Shown: one piece after another, positions 27,040-36,340 of the stretch
Layout: each line of letters opens with the position of its first letter
How positions within the stretch are numbered: the first letter of the stretch is position 1
DNA from: a virus
Lineage: Duplodnaviria; Caudoviricetes
Length of the DNA stretch: 64,000 nucleotides
Virus record (IMG/VR): IMGVR_UViG_3300011242_000002
Span: 64,001 to 128,000 of that record
Strand: one strand, 5' to 3'
Made by a program: the position numbers and the translations under genes
Notes under the pieces: generated by a model
Seen by the model: the letters and a program-made list of their open reading frames with translations, nothing else
Database searches by the model: none
Told to the model about the DNA's origin: nothing

Positions 27040-27913
27040 AGCTGAAGTCAAGCTCGTAGATGACGTTGGCGGTCATGCTGCTTCCCAATCCCGGACTAAT
27101 GGGGTTGGACATGAGGTTATACTGCAGCGCCGCCATACCAGTTGCGCTTTGATATCCCAGCAACACGCTGCCGGTGTTAGTGGACGTTATGCTGTCATCG
27201 GCAAAACGACCGCTGCCTTTAAACCACCTGCCGTCTTCAGCCTTCACATCCCAGTTAACGTGGCACATGATCTGTGCGCACAGCTCACTCTTTAACTTGG
27301 TAGCGTCACCAGCAAGCGTAACTGTATCGCCCAGATCCAACACCGTCGAGCAACGCGGGATCCGTACTTTAAACCCGTAATTGCCCTTGTCTACCGTCAG
27401 GATGGGGCTGGCGTTATTACCAAATGCTTTCATTAACTTATAGTTAACCAGCTCGGTGGTAGAAAACACCCCGATTACCGCATTCGGAACGTAGATGATC
27501 TTCCCACCCACTATGAACTTACGCCAGACCGTCGGAGTGTCATTGCCTTTGGTGAAACCGCCAGCGGCAGCCACCTCGCTAAAGGTGGGGAGTAGCGACA
27601 TGTCAGTCGTAACCTCACCAAAATACCCGAACTCCCAATCCCCCATTCGAAGCTTCTTCGGGCCAGGCCCGCTATCGGAGAAGTGCCCGACCGGTGTCAG
27701 TGCACCATAGGTCTCTGCAGTGCCCAATACCGACGATACCTGATACCAGTACACCACGTTGCTCATCGGCATGGTGGTATCCTCGTAGCTCAACGCATCA
27801 CCCGGCAGGGTTGCAATCAGGGTTAGGCTGCCGCCCTTCGTGTTTGACCGATAAACCTTAATCGCATCCAACGGCACTGTCCCCCGGTTTACCCAGGCTA
27901 ATTTCACACCCAT
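27038..27913 (-). CDS. Putative virion structural protein (FN3-like N-domain plus GPGP..L..GD..FGYFGEV domain), paralog 4
   Basis: KLAWVN...KVYRS...YED...YWYQVSSV; SGPGPKKLRMGDWEFGYFGEV. Confidence 0.7.
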   Translation of the reverse strand: MGVKLAWVNRGTVPLDAIKVYRSNTKGGSLTLIATLPGDALSYEDTTMPMSNVVYWYQVSSVLGTAETYGALTPVGHFSDSGPGPKKLRMGDWEFGYFGEVTTDMSLLPTFSEVAAAGGFTKGNDTPTVWRKFIVGGKIIYVPNAVIGVFSTTELVNYKLMKAFGNNASPILTVDKGNYGFKVRIPRCSTVLDLGDTVTLAGDATKLKSELCAQIMCHVNWDVKAEDGRWFKGSGRFADDSITSTNTGSVLLGYQSATGMAALQYNLMSNPISPGLGSSMTANVIYELDFS

Positions 27914-27925
27914 GTAAACCTCCGA

Positions 27926-28825
27926 TTAAAACAGCAGCTCAAGCACCAGCAGCACCTTACCGTTAGTGCCAGCTTCAGCGACTACGGTATTGCTATTAAT
28001 GGTCGCCACAAAGTACCTGCCTGCCGATGTGTATCGCCCAGTCGACCAAGGAACGTTGGTCCAGCCATTGGTGGCGAGATCATTAAGGCGGTATTTGGCG
28101 AAGCTGGTCGCGCCAGGGGTAGGTGGGACGGTGGGTAGCACTGATGCAGAGCCAAATAACGCAAACAGCATTCCTAATTCGCTTGCGTAGATGTCGTTAG
28201 GGTTGGCAAGGGCTGCGGTAACGTCCCCGGTGGTGGCATGCGCAAGACGCGCAACGTAGTCGTACCCGTTCTTATTGGCCAGAATCCCATTAATGTCATA
28301 ATCGCCAGCCGGCATAATTACTTTACTGTTAATAAGAGAGGTAGGTGCATATCCAGCCGTGCTGTACACGTTATCCGGAATAAACACAATGCGACCACCA
28401 ACGATGCACTTATGATACACGCCAATCACGGTGGAGGTGGGTGCGATCGCGTTTGCCCCTGCCGCAGTAAGCATGGCGGCGTAGATATCTTGGTTAGTCA
28501 GCAGCTCGCTCACCGCCACCTCACCAAAGTAACCGAAGGTCCAGTCGCCGCGCAGCAGCTTGGTCGGCCCCGGACCGGTATCCGGGTAGTAGCCAATTTG
28601 GATCTGGTCGGAGTACGTCACCGTGCCGTCGGCTTTAGTCGCACCCACCACGATGTAGTACACGGTGTTATTCACCGATGTCGGGTAGACGTACGATTGC
28701 TGGTCCGGGGTAAGTTCCACTTTGTCAGCCGGCAGCGCGGCAAGGTCAACCTTACTGCCAGCGTTACGGTACAGCACATACCCGGTGGCGTCTTGCACCG
28801 GCTTCCAGTTTACGGTCACTCCCAT
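27926..28825 (-). CDS. Putative virion structural protein, paralog 3
   Basis: VNWKPV.DATGYVLYR; TGPGPTKLLRGDWTFGYFGEV. Confidence 0.7.
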   Translation of the reverse strand: MGVTVNWKPVQDATGYVLYRNAGSKVDLAALPADKVELTPDQQSYVYPTSVNNTVYYIVVGATKADGTVTYSDQIQIGYYPDTGPGPTKLLRGDWTFGYFGEVAVSELLTNQDIYAAMLTAAGANAIAPTSTVIGVYHKCIVGGRIVFIPDNVYSTAGYAPTSLINSKVIMPAGDYDINGILANKNGYDYVARLAHATTGDVTAALANPNDIYASELGMLFALFGSASVLPTVPPTPGATSFAKYRLNDLATNGWTNVPWSTGRYTSAGRYFVATINSNTVVAEAGTNGKVLLVLELLF

Positions 28826-28826
28826 C

Positions 28827-29735
28827 TTACACCTCCACCAGTTCTAACACCGGCCACCATCCGTAGGTGTTGTGTGCGGCGTCAAGTGGGTTAAAAGTTG
28901 CACCGGTTAACCTGGTGCGCTCTGTTGTATTAAATGCGGCAAACCAGCGCGTAAACGCCTTGTCGCCTTCCAGCCCTTTTTCTGCCACGAGCACAGATTG
29001 CCCGTTCGTGCTGTAGGCCAGGTTGCTTACGGTCTGCTGCAGCCAGTTCGGCATACGCTGCGTAGGCGGGGTCGCGGCCACCATGGGATAGACGAAGTCA
29101 TTGAACTCACAGGTCTGGGTGTAAGCCGTGGTGTCAAAGGTGCTCAGGGCTTTTGACGGCAGTGCGATACCGCTGTCGCTCTCGCTCCAGCCGCGCATTG
29201 CCCGTACCTTCCAGTTAAATCCACCGATGTTCACCGTCACGCCGTTAATCAGCCCTTTGGCCTCAAGCAGATTGTAATACAGGTTACCGTAACCCAGGAT
29301 CTTTTCCGGCACCATATACACCTTGCCCCGACGCGCGTATTTGTACCAGTATTGGTGAGGCTGTGGGGCACTGATCGGTGAACCCACCAGGGTGTTGAGG
29401 TTAGCGGCTGAAATAAAGGAATCGGCCGGCAGTACGTCGTACAATCCAAGTTCACGATCACCGTACTGTAAAATGTTGGAGCCCGGACCACGCGTTTCTG
29501 CGGCCTGCATCTTTTGGTTGCGTGAGATAACGGTTTCCGATCCGTTGGTGGTTTTAAACACGTAGTAATAAACGGCACCCTGTACGGCGGTCAGGTCAAC
29601 GTAGCTGGTTTCCCCGTTGGATAACATTGCCAAGGGCGCAGGCAACGCCGTGCGGTCTAAAGGGCTGGTGCCGCGATAAATCGTTACCGTGACGGGCTGG
29701 GTATTGCGGTTAACCCAGTTAAGCTTAATGGACAT
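28827..29735 (-). CDS. Putative virion structural protein, paralog 2
   Basis: KLNWVNR...TIYRG; RGPGSNILQYGDRELGLY; ends YGWWPVLELV. Confidence 0.7.
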   Translation of the reverse strand: MSIKLNWVNRNTQPVTVTIYRGTSPLDRTALPAPLAMLSNGETSYVDLTAVQGAVYYYVFKTTNGSETVISRNQKMQAAETRGPGSNILQYGDRELGLYDVLPADSFISAANLNTLVGSPISAPQPHQYWYKYARRGKVYMVPEKILGYGNLYYNLLEAKGLINGVTVNIGGFNWKVRAMRGWSESDSGIALPSKALSTFDTTAYTQTCEFNDFVYPMVAATPPTQRMPNWLQQTVSNLAYSTNGQSVLVAEKGLEGDKAFTRWFAAFNTTERTRLTGATFNPLDAAHNTYGWWPVLELVEV

Positions 29736-29796
29736 ACTGACTCCTGTTACTCGGTAAATTTCAAATCGGACAAAACTACGGGCGCGAACTGATGGC

Positions 29797-30843
29797 TTAG
29801 CTAACCGTTACGCGGGGTTGTTCGGCCATTAAGGTGACATAGGGGTTTATCACACCGCTGACCGGCTCAACCACTGCTGAGCGTATAACCGGCACGGCAG
29901 ATGTGTTGGCGACAGTCAGCTGGTTAACTTGTGATTTCAACAGGTCAGTTTCCGCGCTGGCGCTAAACGACGCACCGACCACACAACGCACGTCAGTAAC
30001 ATTTACAATCCCGCCCGTTGACTCGCCCATCGGGGCAGACAGGTCCACGGCGAGTGGCGGTGGCAGACTGGCAGAGACGTCAGTAACCCCCAGCACGTGA
30101 AGATCCGGGTTAACGTACTCCAGCACTGGCCACCATCCGTAATTAGCAGCCTTGGCGGTCTTACCTACCCCAGTGTACCCCACACTACCGGGTTTAGATG
30201 TTGTGCCAATCCCAACCAGGGTGTTGGTTGTCGCACCTGACTGTGAGGTTTTCATGAGGTGGTAACTTGAAGTAGCGAAGATACCTGATGAGATGGAATC
30301 CCACTTCCCGGTACCAAACCCTACCCCCTGCGCAATCACCTTAGTGAGCAGCTCTGCAATTTCACCGGCCATTGATGACTCGGCCACCGCCGGTGAGTTA
30401 GGGTCTGTTGAGCCGGCTGCAGGTAACCGCACCACAAAACCCGCTGGTTTAGATTCCAGGGTTTTTGCAATCACGGTACGTTGGTTAACTGGGCTACCCA
30501 CGGGCGAGGGAAACGACCCGTTGTCATCCGTACCGTATACAATCCCGGCCTGGTACAGATCCTCCCAGCTCAGCATCTGCGGATAGTAATGCATAGGCTG
30601 CGTGGGAATATATACCGTACTGCCCTGGTAGCTGAATTTGCACCACAGCAGGCTGGAATCGGCATTGGGTGCTGTGGCCTGAATCCCCACGTTATTGAAC
30701 ATCTCGGTGGGAGTAAACAACTCTGCCGGGGTGAGCGTGCCGTAATACCCTAACTGGCTGGTGCCGGCCTGCAGTATTTTGGGCCCCGGTCCGGAATTAG
30801 GGTACGCCGGCCTACCGCCGCCGGCAACAAGCATTTCTAACAT
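29797..30843 (-). CDS. Putative virion structural protein, paralog 1 (lacks the FN3-like N-domain)
   Basis: Start moved to ATG 30843 (GGAGG RBS); SGPGPKILQAGTSQLGYYG; YGWWPVLEY. Confidence 0.7.
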   Translation of the reverse strand: MLEMLVAGGGRPAYPNSGPGPKILQAGTSQLGYYGTLTPAELFTPTEMFNNVGIQATAPNADSSLLWCKFSYQGSTVYIPTQPMHYYPQMLSWEDLYQAGIVYGTDDNGSFPSPVGSPVNQRTVIAKTLESKPAGFVVRLPAAGSTDPNSPAVAESSMAGEIAELLTKVIAQGVGFGTGKWDSISSGIFATSSYHLMKTSQSGATTNTLVGIGTTSKPGSVGYTGVGKTAKAANYGWWPVLEYVNPDLHVLGVTDVSASLPPPLAVDLSAPMGESTGGIVNVTDVRCVVGASFSASAETDLLKSQVNQLTVANTSAVPVIRSAVVEPVSGVINPYVTLMAEQPRVTVS

Positions 30844-30883
30844 AACACCTCCATCGGGTAAACAGACTTCCTTGTCCTTATAA

Positions 30884-33019
30884 TCACCACTCCAGGGCTT
30901 TGCTGCGCGGTGGGCTAACGCTGGTTGGTGGATCCAGAACAATCACACCCACCTCTTCCATGTGGTCGTACAACGCTTCGTTACCGGCAGACAAGAAGCC
31001 TTCCTCCACGTCAAACGGTGGTTGGTCATCCAGACCTTCGGTACCAGCAGCTATCTCCACGTCCGGGACGTTAACGGTGGAACCGTAACGGTCATAACCC
31101 ATCAGCTGATCGACCTGGTCACGTGACCAGTTCATGATGTCTTCTGAACGGGTGGAGATGTTCGGGGCGGTGCCAGTGTCCAGCACGAAGTTATTGACGT
31201 ACACCGGGCTGGTTTGTCCCAGTCGGTGCATACGCGCCATCGCCTGCTTGTAATGGTGGAAGCGGAACGGTTTGTTCAACATCATCCCGTTATTGGCTTC
31301 GGTCAACGGCACGGCTTCGGCCAGGGAACGGAAGGTGGCGATAAGCGGGTTAATGTCGTCGTTGGCGCGGTAGTCCTTGACAATGTTGACCAGCTCATTG
31401 TTGGTGTCGCCGTACACCACCACCGGGAAGTACCCGGCTGCCTTACACAGCGAACGCGTCTCTTCTAACACCGGAATGAAGTCGGTAAAGATCAGCGTTT
31501 TCTTTTCGGCGTTATCGATGTACTGCTGGAACGGGATGTGGCGCGCCATATCGACGTGACACTGGGTGCGCTCTTTGCCAAGGATACGGCCCAGACATTC
31601 ACCCTTGATCTTCAGGTCGACGTACTTGATCACCGAGCGGGCATCCTTAAACGGCGCCTTCAGCGATTCCGGTAACGACGGGATAATCACCGTCAGCTCG
31701 TAGTTGTTACAGAACTTGGATTCTTCCGCCATGGTCTGGCCGTCAAAGCCGTACTTCTGGAACATCGCCACGTTGGCCTGGTACTGCTTAAACTGCTGAT
31801 GATCAAACGGCGTGCGCAGATCACGTTTGTGACACGCCATGGCATCGTCATAGATGCGCTGGTAGGTCGGGCGGTTCTTGGTGTAGAACTCAAAGCGCTC
31901 CTTCACGAAGGCGGTCATCAGATTCCCGATGGCCTCCAGGGTATAGCGCTCGCCGCCGGGGATCTTGATCTTCACCGTCGCTTCAATTGGTTTGTCCGAC
32001 ATGAAGGCGGATTTTGGCACCAGGAAGCTGACAATCCCCAGACGGTTAGCCAGGATATCGTTGGCCTTTCCACCGACCTTACCCCAGATCTTGCGCATTG
32101 CGTATTCGGCTTCCGGGGTGAAGTTGTCAATCAGGCAGCGGAACAACGGAATCGCTTCCGACCCCATGGCGGTCAACGCGGTTCCCGATAACCAGATCAC
32201 GTCTTCTGAGCGAGTGACCTTACAGAGCTCAATGAACTGGTTGGTACGAATCGACTCCTTTGACTTCATGTTCAGGTTGTGTGATTCATCCAGCAAGATG
32301 CCGACGTTATTCAGTCCAAGCGATTTGGCCATCTCGACCGCCTGCTGTAGACGCTCGTAGTGGAAGATCATCCACTTGGTGCCTTTCGGGCAGGTGGTGT
32401 TGGTGTCCGCCACCCAGGTGGTTTGCTTGCCGGTGACTAACGTCTGGAGGGTTTTCTCCCACACGTCGTAAATACCCTTCTTCGGCGCAATGATGAACAC
32501 GTACTCTTTCTCGCGTGCCAACATCGCCGCAATACCGTTCAGTGTTTTCCCCGCACCTGGGTCTGCGGCCATCAACGCACCTTTGAGACGATAGCGCGGT
32601 TTGGTGTGGTTGTAGTAGTTTAGGAACTCGACCTGATGCGGCTTCAACGGGTAAACAATAGGCTTGGTCTTGCGAATATCCAAGATGTCGTCCCAGGGTG
32701 CGTTCAGATCCCGCATCCAGGTGTTTTCCTTGATCAGCTCAACGATACGCGCCAGCACGCGACGGCTGCAGTACTTGGTCTTGTCGTTGATCATGCTTTC
32801 AAACATGTAAACCATTTCCAGCGCAAAGAAGCTGTGGAACGAAAACTCGCTTGGCTTTACGTTGTTAAACATGTACTTGGCGATCTTTGAGGTACCCCAG
32901 AGTTTCTCGATGTCGAATTGAATAAATCGTGCCGGTGCGCCGGTCACGGTGATAAGACCATTTTGTTCCCGGACGCTGATAATCCCCAGCATTCCTTTTA
33001 CACGGTCAAGCATTGCCAT
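30884..33019 (-). CDS. SF2 (SNF2/DEAD-like) helicase
   Basis: LKPHQ Q-motif, ADPGAGKT, LLDESHN, LSGT, QAMARMHRLGQ. Confidence 0.9.
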   Translation of the reverse strand: MAMLDRVKGMLGIISVREQNGLITVTGAPARFIQFDIEKLWGTSKIAKYMFNNVKPSEFSFHSFFALEMVYMFESMINDKTKYCSRRVLARIVELIKENTWMRDLNAPWDDILDIRKTKPIVYPLKPHQVEFLNYYNHTKPRYRLKGALMAADPGAGKTLNGIAAMLAREKEYVFIIAPKKGIYDVWEKTLQTLVTGKQTTWVADTNTTCPKGTKWMIFHYERLQQAVEMAKSLGLNNVGILLDESHNLNMKSKESIRTNQFIELCKVTRSEDVIWLSGTALTAMGSEAIPLFRCLIDNFTPEAEYAMRKIWGKVGGKANDILANRLGIVSFLVPKSAFMSDKPIEATVKIKIPGGERYTLEAIGNLMTAFVKERFEFYTKNRPTYQRIYDDAMACHKRDLRTPFDHQQFKQYQANVAMFQKYGFDGQTMAEESKFCNNYELTVIIPSLPESLKAPFKDARSVIKYVDLKIKGECLGRILGKERTQCHVDMARHIPFQQYIDNAEKKTLIFTDFIPVLEETRSLCKAAGYFPVVVYGDTNNELVNIVKDYRANDDINPLIATFRSLAEAVPLTEANNGMMLNKPFRFHHYKQAMARMHRLGQTSPVYVNNFVLDTGTAPNISTRSEDIMNWSRDQVDQLMGYDRYGSTVNVPDVEIAAGTEGLDDQPPFDVEEGFLSAGNEALYDHMEEVGVIVLDPPTSVSPPRSKALEW

Positions 33020-33075
33020 AGTGGTGCCCTTTATAATCAGTTAAATAACATACAATTTTCCAAAACATTTTGGGT

Positions 33076-33093
33076 CTATATTACGTAGGTGAG
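33076..33093 (+). promoter_or_regulatory. phiKZ-type early promoter
   Basis: CTATATTACGTAGGTGAG in the divergent AT-rich intergenic region. Confidence 0.7.
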
Positions 33094-33140
33094 TTTTCGA
33101 TCGAAAACAAATGTAATACTTAACTTGTGGGAATAATTAA

Positions 33141-33224
33141 ATGAACAATTCACTCGTGAACTTGATCGTGATCGTAGGCTGTTTGGCCGGCCTAACGTTG
33201 ATGTTTATCCTCAATGTAAAATGA
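33141..33224 (+). CDS. 27-aa single-TM peptide (not in ORF track)
   Basis: MNNSLVNLIVIVGCLAGLTLMFILNVK directly downstream of the promoter; weak GGGA RBS. Confidence 0.4.
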   Translation: MNNSLVNLIVIVGCLAGLTLMFILNVK

Positions 33225-33310
33225 TCATATGACGTCGTTGGACGTCAAGCAAACATCCTCAGGGGCTTTGGATGTTCACAACCAAATTATAAAGTACAAG
33301 GATTCAAACC

Positions 33311-33868
33311 ATGCTGGAAACCATTATCCGTACCGCAGTCCAACGTGCCGACACGGCCGGGAGTGCTGAAGAATATCTCATTCGTTTACGCGCCAATATC
33401 GAGTCATCGATTCGCCACCAGATTAAGCTGCACGGTGGGCGTCTAAACTTTAACGTTAATACCCGCTTCCACCTGGGGTATGATGACGTCGACGGCTTCT
33501 ACCAGGAGATCGTCACCAACGTCGTGTGCTCGGGCAATGCCAAGGAACTGGTTGAGCGTGTGCGCCTGACCGTGTTGCCGAACACCGTATTAAGCGGTCT
33601 GCGTGGTATTTTCCACCACGTGTCTCTCAAGGTAAAAGAGACCAGCGCGATCTACCTGTTTAACGATAACATCCATGACACCAAAACCGCCCTCCAGCAG
33701 GAGCTGCAATCATTCTTTGGCAACCACACAGCTATTGTCGTGCTGAACCATTCCCGTACGGGTAACTGTGCGGTTGACGTTGAACTGATTCAGGACTCGC
33801 TGAAGGGCTACGCCAAGATGTGTGAAGCCTTAGAGCGTGGATTGTCGGACGATTTCTTAATCGCGTAA
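33311..33868 (+). CDS. Hypothetical protein
   Basis: AAGGA RBS. Confidence 0.7.
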   Translation: MLETIIRTAVQRADTAGSAEEYLIRLRANIESSIRHQIKLHGGRLNFNVNTRFHLGYDDVDGFYQEIVTNVVCSGNAKELVERVRLTVLPNTVLSGLRGIFHHVSLKVKETSAIYLFNDNIHDTKTALQQELQSFFGNHTAIVVLNHSRTGNCAVDVELIQDSLKGYAKMCEALERGLSDDFLIA

Positions 33869-33877
33869 GCTGACATC

Positions 33878-33910
33878 AAGAAGGGGGCACTGCCTCCTTC
33901 TTTTTTTTTT
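33878..33910 (+). terminator. Intrinsic terminator
   Basis: GAAGGGGGCA/TGCCTCCTTC stem followed by T10. Confidence 0.75.
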
Positions 33911-33925
33911 GCCGAGGACCGTGCA

Positions 33926-34405
33926 GTGGACGCATTACTGTATCTGAAGTACCTGGCTGTTTTCACTACCATGAGCGGTGTCATTATCGCCATGCTAACC
34001 GTTGTCTCGCTAATGAACCCACGATCAAGACTCCCCAGCCCGATCCCTGATGAACTCAAGGATGACGTTCGCCTGCTGCTGGAAGAGATTCGCTTTGAGC
34101 TCACCACCCCGGGTAATTACCGCGCCTTTATGCAGATGGGTGGCTTTCCCTTAAAGCATCGCATGGCGTTTATGGCCAAGCATTTACGCAAATACGTTGA
34201 ACGACATGTATTAGATTACACGACCAAGTGTTCTTATGTAAGCCGTTCCATTTGGTTGCGTAAGTCGCGGGTCACCGTAGACGTTCGCGACGAATACCTG
34301 ACGATTACCGTCTATGGTATTAGTAATGTCATTATCCATTCGATCTCCTTTATGCCATCGGACTACGCGCATATGACGGAGTACTTTAAGAACAAAGTGT
34401 ATTAA
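33926..34405 (+). CDS. N-terminally membrane-anchored hypothetical protein
   Basis: GAGGA RBS with GTG start; N-terminal TM. Confidence 0.65.
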   Translation: MDALLYLKYLAVFTTMSGVIIAMLTVVSLMNPRSRLPSPIPDELKDDVRLLLEEIRFELTTPGNYRAFMQMGGFPLKHRMAFMAKHLRKYVERHVLDYTTKCSYVSRSIWLRKSRVTVDVRDEYLTITVYGISNVIIHSISFMPSDYAHMTEYFKNKVY

Positions 34406-34416
34406 GAGGATTAAGC

Positions 34417-35565
34417 ATGTCTGGTAAGAAAAAGAATACCGCAAAAACCGCCCGTCGGGAAGCACAGAAGCTGAACCCGATTAACTGGGAACAAAACTGG
34501 ATTGAACGTATCCTCCCCGCCATCCAGGACTTTGCCAATCAGTCCGTGCGTCTGCGCTTTCAGCGCGAGATTGCCCCTGACGATCGCGCCAACTGGACCT
34601 ACGGCTCCGACGTCGATGTCCAGCACGCTGAACGTAAGGTAATTGTCACCGAGTGGTTGGTGCCGGTTGTTGGTGGTAAAGGTCTCGTGTATCTGGACGA
34701 AGTCAATGGCGTGCTGAACCCCTCCATGCGTGCGTACAAATACACCCTGCGCTACGACCACCTGCAGCAGGATGCCCGTGCCGCGTCCCAGACCGGGCGC
34801 GCTGTCAACATCGGTCGCTACTACCTGCCTGTCGTACCGGTTGTCAAAGGTGAGAAAGGGTGGGAAGCGAAGGTTGAAGAAAACGACCTGCGTGGCCAGG
34901 AGATCATCTTTAAGGCCCTGGATCGTCTGCAGGACACCAAGCGTGATCTGGAGCTCGAGTACGGCAAGGAAAACGATGACGGCAAGTACATCGGCCTGGC
35001 GCTGACCTACAACCAGGACGAGAACCTGTTGCAGCTGGTGACCCACAGCAAACATCCGCTTGACGTGATCGAGCACAAAGACGGTGAGATGAACTACATC
35101 GACCTGGCCGACATCGAGATCGACGGCCTGGCGTTGGACGACTGGGATACCCAGGCGCTGAACATCCGTTCGGCGGTGGCACGCCATGCTGCGGAAAACC
35201 GCACCTGGACCCGTGTCGTTAAACCGTCTCAGGCCGCGTATAAGCGCTTCTCTATTGAGCTGGCGGATTACATCATGTCGGTCGTAGAAGAAGTCTACAA
35301 GCGTGCCTGTGCGGCCGTACCGGCAGGCAGCAAGTTGTGGTTTGATCAGAACCCGACTACCGGTCTGCTGGAAGCCTCTCACAGCACACCTGACGAACCG
35401 GCAACGACCAAGATCGAGCTGAGTCGCGAAGATGCAGCAGCGGTACTGATGATCGCCGGACGCATTGAGCCAGATATGTGGTTCCACGTGGACTACGACT
35501 TTAAATCCCGCTTCAACGCCAAGTACGGCAACGGCCAGACCACTATCCTCGAAACCGTAGTATAA
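34417..35565 (+). CDS. Hypothetical protein (382 aa)
   Basis: GAGGA RBS; strongly C/G-ending codons. Confidence 0.8.
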   Translation: MSGKKKNTAKTARREAQKLNPINWEQNWIERILPAIQDFANQSVRLRFQREIAPDDRANWTYGSDVDVQHAERKVIVTEWLVPVVGGKGLVYLDEVNGVLNPSMRAYKYTLRYDHLQQDARAASQTGRAVNIGRYYLPVVPVVKGEKGWEAKVEENDLRGQEIIFKALDRLQDTKRDLELEYGKENDDGKYIGLALTYNQDENLLQLVTHSKHPLDVIEHKDGEMNYIDLADIEIDGLALDDWDTQALNIRSAVARHAAENRTWTRVVKPSQAAYKRFSIELADYIMSVVEEVYKRACAAVPAGSKLWFDQNPTTGLLEASHSTPDEPATTKIELSREDAAAVLMIAGRIEPDMWFHVDYDFKSRFNAKYGNGQTTILETVV

Positions 35566-35570
35566 GTCAG

Positions 35571-35622
35571 ACATAAGCCAGGCGCTTCTCCTTAGCGGGA
35601 GAAGCCCTGGTTTTATGCCGAT
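35571..35622. terminator. Hairpin (CATAA/TTATGCCG family)
   Basis: ACATAAG-CCAGG.GCTTCTCC...GGAGAAGCCCTGG-TTTTATGCCGAT. Confidence 0.65.
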
Positions 35623-35633
35623 TTGGTGTTTGT

Positions 35634-35678
35634 TTTGAGTTGCAGATTATTTCAGACCTATATTAAACAGGTGAATAA
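35634..35678 (+). promoter_or_regulatory. Early promoter module, copy 1 (45-bp near-repeat)
   Basis: TTTGAGTTGCAGATTATTTCAGACCTATATTAAACAGGTGAATAA; 39/45 identical to 37299-37343. Confidence 0.75.
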
Positions 35679-35722
35679 GAGCAATGAACTTTGCTTTCAC
35701 ATAACCTTTTAAGGAATACATC

Positions 35723-35896
35723 ATGAACAATGAACAAAAACTCGCAGTTGCCACATTAGCCTTTGCCGTAGTCGGTTGTGTGATCGGTGGTGTGGTGGCT
35801 TACAGAACCCGCAAGATCGCTAAACGTTCACAGGCTGAGCTGAAAAGCCTTATTGAAGATACCGATGCCCGTCTGGCAGCTTACAAGAAAAACTAA
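35723..35896 (+). CDS. 57-aa single-TM protein (not in ORF track)
   Basis: TAAGGA RBS; MNNEQKLAVATLAFAVVGCVIGGVVAYRTRK... Confidence 0.75.
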   Translation: MNNEQKLAVATLAFAVVGCVIGGVVAYRTRKIAKRSQAELKSLIEDTDARLAAYKKN

Positions 35897-35923
35897 TCCA
35901 CTTTACTCTCAGGAATCGAAACC

Positions 35924-36055
35924 ATGAAAATCGCTAACGTTGTTGTTGCTACCGCTGTTGTTGTTGTTATGGCTAAACTCGAAGCTTACCATAACCCGTT
36001 TGGCCCGACTGCCAAAGTCATGCGTAAACTGTCGTTCAAGAAGAAAAAGAAGTAA
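35924..36055 (+). CDS. 43-aa hydrophobic/basic peptide (not in ORF track)
   Basis: AGGA RBS; MKIANVVVATAVVVVMAK...KKKKK. Confidence 0.65.
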   Translation: MKIANVVVATAVVVVMAKLEAYHNPFGPTAKVMRKLSFKKKKK

Positions 36056-36109
36056 TCCCTGCTGTACAAAATTGTTAACCTACCTACCTTAACCCGTTGG
36101 AGTACGATC

Positions 36110-36238
36110 ATGAAAAATATCATCGCTAAAATTGTTGTTTCCGCTGCTGTATCCGTAACCGTAACCGCGCTGTTAAACAAGTACAACCGTAAGTACAGAC
36201 CTGGTGTCGTGAGCTCCTATACCTTCATCAAGCTGTAA
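36110..36238 (+). CDS. 42-aa hydrophobic/basic peptide (not in ORF track)
   Basis: GGAG RBS; MKNIIAKIVVSAAVSVTVTALLNKYNRK... Confidence 0.65.
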   Translation: MKNIIAKIVVSAAVSVTVTALLNKYNRKYRPGVVSSYTFIKL

Positions 36239-36340
36239 GGGACGATCATGAACCCCTTCTGTTACCAAACCTAATACCGGGGTTCATACGAGCCTCGGCA
36301 GACCACCCACTATAATTAAACCTGCATAAGAGGCATCGCT

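Noticed and set aside
33020-33310. AT-rich gap as a replication origin or ncRNA/tRNA
   Set aside because: Explained by divergent promoters and a possible 27-aa ORF; no iterons or cloverleaf recognised.
34411-35574. 387-aa minus-strand ORF covering the 382-aa plus-strand gene
   Set aside because: Antisense shadow caused by strong codon bias; the plus strand has the RBS and operon context.
35938-35968. GTT trinucleotide repeats
   Set aside because: They encode the poly-Val stretch of a small ORF; no evidence of a contingency locus.
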